From NCBI GenBank assembly GCA_036478295.1, contig JAZGDW010000212.1:1-22304 (forward strand): a DNA stretch of 22,304 bases, written 5' to 3'. Positions 18,322 through 22,304 of this stretch are shown piece after piece (positions within the stretch are counted from its first letter, which is position 1; every line of letters begins with the position of its first letter). This DNA is from Candidatus Krumholzibacteriia bacterium. Lineage in GTDB: Bacteria; Krumholzibacteriota; Krumholzibacteriia; WVZY01. Under the pieces are notes generated by a model, which was not told the DNA's origin, searched no databases, and saw only the letters and a list, made by a program, of their open reading frames with translations. The position numbers and the translations under genes are program-made.

Positions 18322-18882
18322 ATGAGAAATTCATTTCAAAAGACACTTGGTTGGGCTACGAAGCGGCGACCGGCACGATGGCAGCCGGTCGTGCTGGTCT
18401 CGCTGTGCGCCTTGTTGCCGGCGCAGGCACTGGCTCTGGACGGGGCCTTCTACCGCTCGCTGGCGATTCCAGGTACGGGGCAGGCGCATCAGGGTCATAT
18501 GGCCAAGGCAGCCGTGTTCGCCGGTGCGGCGGTCCTTTCCGGTGTGGGACTGACCGTGAGCGCCGTGCAGTACAATCAGGCGGTGGATCGTTTTCGCAGA
18601 GAGAAGCGAGCGCTGGCCGCACTGCTGGACGGTCTGAATTCGGGGCAGGTGGCGTCGATAGAGGAGATCAACACGCGTGACGCCGCCATGCGCGCGGCTC
18701 TCGACGACGCGGACACGCGCCTGGTGTGGCGCAACGCGTTTCTTATCTCACTCGTATCCGTCTACACACTCAATATCGTTGATGTGATAAGAAATCAACC
18801 GCACGATCCCGACGTTGCGCTCCGTTACTCGATAGACGCCAACCGGGAGAGGGTGCTTGTCACTAGGAGCTTTCGGTTCTGA
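18322..18882 (+). CDS. Exported/membrane hypothetical protein, DUF5683-like
   Basis: Signal peptide ending AQALA, then RSLAIPGTGQ...G...KA motif, TM helix, amphipathic helical insert, second TM ending VYTLNIVD, C-terminal ...VTRSFRF. Confidence 0.7.
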   Translation: MRNSFQKTLGWATKRRPARWQPVVLVSLCALLPAQALALDGAFYRSLAIPGTGQAHQGHMAKAAVFAGAAVLSGVGLTVSAVQYNQAVDRFRREKRALAALLDGLNSGQVASIEEINTRDAAMRAALDDADTRLVWRNAFLISLVSVYTLNIVDVIRNQPHDPDVALRYSIDANRERVLVTRSFRF

Positions 18883-18883
18883 C

Positions 18884-19255
18884 ATGCGTTGCCTGCGAGT
18901 GATGATAATGGTTGGTCTGGCCGGTACCGTCCTGCTCGCGGCGTGCTCGCGGCACGGGGACGATGACCTGGTCGCAATACCGGTACTGGTACTAGCGCCG
19001 GCGCCGGACAGTGTCGTGGTCACAACCATCAGCGCCACGGAATTCGATCTGACGTGGTTCGTGAGCGACCCGTCGAACGTGCTGTTCTACCGCGTATATG
19101 GTTCAGACTTCTTCGGTAACCTCTTCTTCGCCGACTCCACGGCCCAGAATAGCGCGACAGCGGTCGGCGTTCTTGTGCCTATTTTCGGCGTGTCATCGGT
19201 GAGCACGGACTACGTCGAGAGCAGCGTTACCCTGGGAGTGGCGACTATCCCGTAG
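18884..19255 (+). CDS. Small putative lipoprotein with fibronectin-III-like beta domain
   Basis: ATG 18884 lies 1 bp after the previous stop. Hydrophobic signal with lipobox LAAC; PAP..V, LTW, YRVY, F.VSSV....ES pattern. Confidence 0.7.
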   Translation: MRCLRVMIMVGLAGTVLLAACSRHGDDDLVAIPVLVLAPAPDSVVVTTISATEFDLTWFVSDPSNVLFYRVYGSDFFGNLFFADSTAQNSATAVGVLVPIFGVSSVSTDYVESSVTLGVATIP

Positions 19256-19286
19256 ATCGCGCTGCCCACCGCTCCCCCAGCGTCAA

Positions 19287-19311
19287 TATTGTATCCCATT
19301 TACATACAATA
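19287..19311. promoter_or_regulatory. Perfect 8-bp inverted repeat in an AT-rich intergenic patch; putative operator
   Basis: TATTGTAT(19287-19294)-N9-ATACAATA(19304-19311), followed by a -10-like TATAGT (19317-19322). Confidence 0.45.
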
Positions 19312-19385
19312 AGATATATAGTGTATCTAAAGTTTCGTATGAACGGCCGACCATGGGTGGTACGTTCCATGCTAGACCCTTGGGC

Positions 19386-20021
19386 ATGAGCGAAATCGAC
19401 GAAAAACTGTCTGTACACAGCAGAAAGTTCTACCGCGTGATCCTCGAGTCGATTGATGAAGAGCAGGAGACGTCGGAGAGCTTCGCCATCAAGTTGTCCA
19501 TGCGGCTGCGGACGCCTTTTCCCCGCGTGCGCCAGGTCATACGTAACCTGCCCCACACCATCAAGAGCAACCTGACAGCGGCGCAGGCGAATCGCCTCAA
19601 AGCCATGATCGAAGAGGTGGGTGGCCGGGTGAAACTCGAGACGCATTTTGCCACTCCCGGAGAGACCCTGCTCCCGGACACGGACCGGGACCCGTTTGAA
19701 GAGGGTGCGGAGGACATACCGCCGATTGTCAAAGACGGGAGAATCAAGTGTCCCTCGTGCGGGTGGGAATCGGAGGAGGGCGCCCAGTATTGCACGATCT
19801 GCCTTAGGCGGTTCCGGGATTCCTCACGGCGCGGCGCCGGCCTGGGCTCGAAGATCCCGCACGACAACCCGCTCGAAGAAAAGTCCTTCCGTGACCAGGC
19901 TCAAGCGGAGCGGGAGCCGTCCCAGGGTGTCGATCTGGCGGCGATATGGGCCCGATACAAGTTACAGATAGTCATCGGCGGGGCGGTCATCCTGCTGCTC
20001 TTCATCCTGGCCCTCAAATAG
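19386..20021 (+). CDS. Hypothetical protein: L7/L12 C-terminal-like domain + zinc ribbon + C-terminal TM anchor
   Basis: YRVILE...VIRNLPHTIKSNLTAAQANRLKAMIEEVGGRVKLE; CPSCG-x8-YCTIC; terminal LQIVIGGAVILLLFILALK*. Start could be 19353 or 19386. Confidence 0.75.
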   Translation: MSEIDEKLSVHSRKFYRVILESIDEEQETSESFAIKLSMRLRTPFPRVRQVIRNLPHTIKSNLTAAQANRLKAMIEEVGGRVKLETHFATPGETLLPDTDRDPFEEGAEDIPPIVKDGRIKCPSCGWESEEGAQYCTICLRRFRDSSRRGAGLGSKIPHDNPLEEKSFRDQAQAEREPSQGVDLAAIWARYKLQIVIGGAVILLLFILALK

Positions 20022-20951
20022 ACTCCCCTGCGTGTCGTTGCCGGTCGCTGGTGGGCGGCGGTGTTGCTCGGGTCGCAGTACGTCCACGAGCCGTGGGTAG
20101 CGCGCGAGTAATTGCGGCGGGTCCGGCACTTTCTTCCCCTGCAGCATCGCTTTGAGCTGCAGTGCGTTGGCCACCGCCTGACCACGAAAATGATTGTTGA
20201 GCACGACGTGCATTCTTGTGGGGGCGGCGGCTCGTTTGATTCGTTCGTGGATGTCAGACAGCTCCGCTTCATCGTAGAGGTAGTCGTAGCGGGCGTCACG
20301 GTTCGCGTTTGCGTCGAACCAGCTGGCGCGGTTGCGGCCGTGGAGCCGAAAATAGCATCCCGCTGACCCTGGGGAGAAGACATCCGGTTGGAGCGAGGCG
20401 CCGATAATCGGCTGGTCTATACCGCAAAGTGTGATGTCGTGCTCACGAAAGAAATCAAGCGACGCATCGGCGCTCCAGCTCGCATGGCGAACCTCGACTG
20501 TCACCGGGACCGGTGACAGTCGGCGTGTCAGGGTGTGAACATAGTCGCGCGCATCCGAGGAGAACTTGAAGGACCAGGGAAACTGGATGAGCACCGTGTT
20601 CAACACACCCGCTTCCGACAGGGGAGCGATCGCGGTTGTGAAAGCCCTCACGTCGTGGTCGTGGAGTGGACCTCGCTTGTGCGTGAATTCCCGAAACGCC
20701 TTTACGCTGAATGCGAAACCCTCCTGATCCGCGACGCGCCTCGCCCAACTCCTGCACGTGGCCACCGTTGGAATGCGGTAGAATGTGCTGTTGATTTCGA
20801 TAAGATTAAAGTATGATGACAGGTACACCAGCGGGTCGAACGAACGCGGTTTTGGCCGCGGGTATACGACACCTTCCCAGTCTGGATAGGACCAGCCTGC
20901 TGGACCGATGTAGACTTCCGATCTTGAGATGATGCTCTCCCCTAGGTCCAT
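19962..20951 (-). CDS. DUF72 (YecE-like) TIM-barrel protein
   Basis: IGPAGWSY.DW.G..YP, EINSTFY..P, F.VKA...FTH, LIQFP.SF, EVRH.SW, IDQP, YFRLHGRN..W, RYDYLY...EL, NNH.RGQAV.NA. Exact start uncertain. Confidence 0.93.
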   Translation of the reverse strand: MDLGESIISRSEVYIGPAGWSYPDWEGVVYPRPKPRSFDPLVYLSSYFNLIEINSTFYRIPTVATCRSWARRVADQEGFAFSVKAFREFTHKRGPLHDHDVRAFTTAIAPLSEAGVLNTVLIQFPWSFKFSSDARDYVHTLTRRLSPVPVTVEVRHASWSADASLDFFREHDITLCGIDQPIIGASLQPDVFSPGSAGCYFRLHGRNRASWFDANANRDARYDYLYDEAELSDIHERIKRAAAPTRMHVVLNNHFRGQAVANALQLKAMLQGKKVPDPPQLLARYPRLVDVLRPEQHRRPPATGNDTQGSLFEGQDEEQQDDRPADDYL

Positions 20952-20960
20952 TCTGAGTAA

Positions 20961-22304
20961 ATGAAGAAGAAAGATCTAACTTTTCTTCTCTGGCTCCTCG
21001 CCGTTGCCCTGCTTCTGAGACTCTTCAGGATAGGCTCTCAGAGCCTCTGGGTGGACGAGCTGCTCACGCTCAAAGTCAGTGTTCCAGGACCCGGCCTGAA
21101 CATATGGGACTATTTGAAGTATAACATCCATGGGCCGCTGCATTCATTCGTGATCTGGATGATTCACTTCGTCAGTATGCACGACGGGTGGCTGCGGTTG
21201 CCCAGCGCAGTGGCTGGCGTGGGCGGCGTCTACTATTTTTATCGTTGGGTGTGTGTTTGGCTGAACCACAGCGTGGCCCGTCGGGCGAGCGTATTGCTCG
21301 CCATTCACCCTTTGCATATCTACTATTCGCAGGAATGCCGCAACTACAGCCTGCTTTTTTTCTTCGCGATGCTTGCGAGCTATGTTCTTCACCGGCTGCT
21401 CAAAGACGAGAGCGTCAAGAATTACGGAGCGTACCTTCTGGGCATAAGCGGAGCCGCCCTTTGTAACTTGTCGTCGGCGTTCCTGTACGTGATCCACTCC
21501 CTCATATTTCTCTTGCGACGCGCCGGCGTTCGGCGGCGGCTTACGTACTGGGCGGTACTCTCCGTGCTGGTGCTGGTGCTGATTTCGCCGTGGGTCTATC
21601 GCGTGTACCAGGTGATCGACGTGTCGAGACTGGTGACGCCGGTGTTGCCCGGCGAGATAGAGGAGAGGGAGCGGCTGCGCGGTGATACGACGGTGAATTT
21701 GGCCGTCATCCCCTACACGTTTTACGCGTTCAGCGCGGGTTTCAGCCTCGGGCCGTCGACGCGGGAACTCCACCGGGACGCCTCGTTGAGATCCGTGCTG
21801 TCCCGGCACGCACCGGCGGTGCTTTGGGTGTCGCTGTTGTTTGGCCTTCCGGCAGTGCTGGGAATGGTCGCGGCGGTTCGGGGCGGCCGTCCCTGGCGCC
21901 AGATCTTGTTGTACTTGCTGCTGCCGATTGTTTTCGTGGTGGCCATCTGCTGGCAGAATGCAAAAGCGTACAACGTTCGCTACGTGCTGCTTGCGCTTCC
22001 CGCGTACCTGTGCGTTGTGGCCATCGGACTCCAGTCGCTGCCGGGCAGGTGGTCGCACGTCGTCTCCGCTCTTGTCGGCGTGACGATGCTTTATTCCCTC
22101 GGCAATTATTATTTTAAAGGCGCCTACGCCCGTGAGGACGTTCGCGAGGCCGCCCGCTACGTCCAGGCCAACGCGTCGCCGGGTGACTGCGTGCTGGCGC
22201 CGACGGTCCTGCATGTGTTTACCCACTACTATGGGGGTGAGGGCGTGTACGCGGTCGGGGCCCCGACGGGCAAACCGCGCGTGAAGGTGGACGAGGAGCT
22301 CGAG
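20961..22304 (+). CDS. GT-C fold integral membrane glycosyltransferase (GT39/PMT-like or ArnT-like), 3'-truncated by the window edge
   Basis: Absent from the ORF track because there is no stop in the window. My translation from ATG 20961: MKKKDLTFLLWLLAVALLLRLFRIGSQSLWVDE..., HGPLH, WLRLPSA, P.HIYYSQECRNY, many TM helices, NVRY, REDVREAARYV. Confidence 0.88.
   Translation, partial: MKKKDLTFLLWLLAVALLLRLFRIGSQSLWVDELLTLKVSVPGPGLNIWDYLKYNIHGPLHSFVIWMIHFVSMHDGWLRLPSAVAGVGGVYYFYRWVCVWLNHSVARRASVLLAIHPLHIYYSQECRNYSLLFFFAMLASYVLHRLLKDESVKNYGAYLLGISGAALCNLSSAFLYVIHSLIFLLRRAGVRRRLTYWAVLSVLVLVLISPWVYRVYQVIDVSRLVTPVLPGEIEERERLRGDTTVNLAVIPYTFYAFSAGFSLGPSTRELHRDASLRSVLSRHAPAVLWVSLLFGLPAVLGMVAAVRGGRPWRQILLYLLLPIVFVVAICWQNAKAYNVRYVLLALPAYLCVVAIGLQSLPGRWSHVVSALVGVTMLYSLGNYYFKGAYAREDVREAARYVQANASPGDCVLAPTVLHVFTHYYGGEGVYAVGAPTGKPRVKVDEELE

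Noticed and set aside
2624..22226. Long antisense or alternate-frame ORFs (e.g. 2624-3679, 4645-5751, 6690-7868, 8660-9625, 9832-11022, 12251-13162, 15235-16458, 17314-18180, 21144-22226)
   Set aside because: They lie over well-supported genes, lack recognisable motifs, and are expected shadows of GC-rich codon bias.
1..22304. CRISPR arrays, tRNA/rRNA, IS elements, prophage or defence genes
   Set aside because: No regularly spaced repeats, cloverleaf-like segments, or transposase, integrase or defence motifs were seen by eye. Intergenic gaps are short and explained by promoters.

Overview
GC-rich bacterial chromosomal window, densely coding, with no rRNA, tRNA, CRISPR array or mobile element that I can see. 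The gene mix suggests a diderm FCB/PVC-associated lineage, but that is inference only. Contents from left to right: (1) a tightly packed + strand unit nadB(partial)-SAM methyltransferase-bshC-bshB1-bshA-Minf_1886-like gene. This is a complete bacillithiol pathway with a linked methyltransferase that resembles NmbA, making it a candidate single-operon N-methyl-bacillithiol locus and the top finding. (2) A convergent HIT hydrolase gene. (3) A divergent prkA(yeaG)-yeaH/yhbH-spoVR operon with a good sigma-54 -24/-12 promoter, an upstream 9-bp inverted repeat, and a fourth uncharacterised gene that appears frameshifted near 11850. (4) A - strand unit: GldA/F/G-like ABC system, DUF4340 protein and a Memo-AMMECR1 (AmmeMemoRadiSam B+A) fusion. 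(5) Three uncharacterised envelope genes: a DUF5683-like protein, a small lipoprotein, and an L7/L12-like + zinc-ribbon + tail-anchor protein. (6) A DUF72 gene with a QGSLF clamp-like motif, head-to-head with a GT-C (GT39/PMT-like) glycosyltransferase that runs off the window and is missing from the ORF track. All family assignments come from motif recognition, not database searches.
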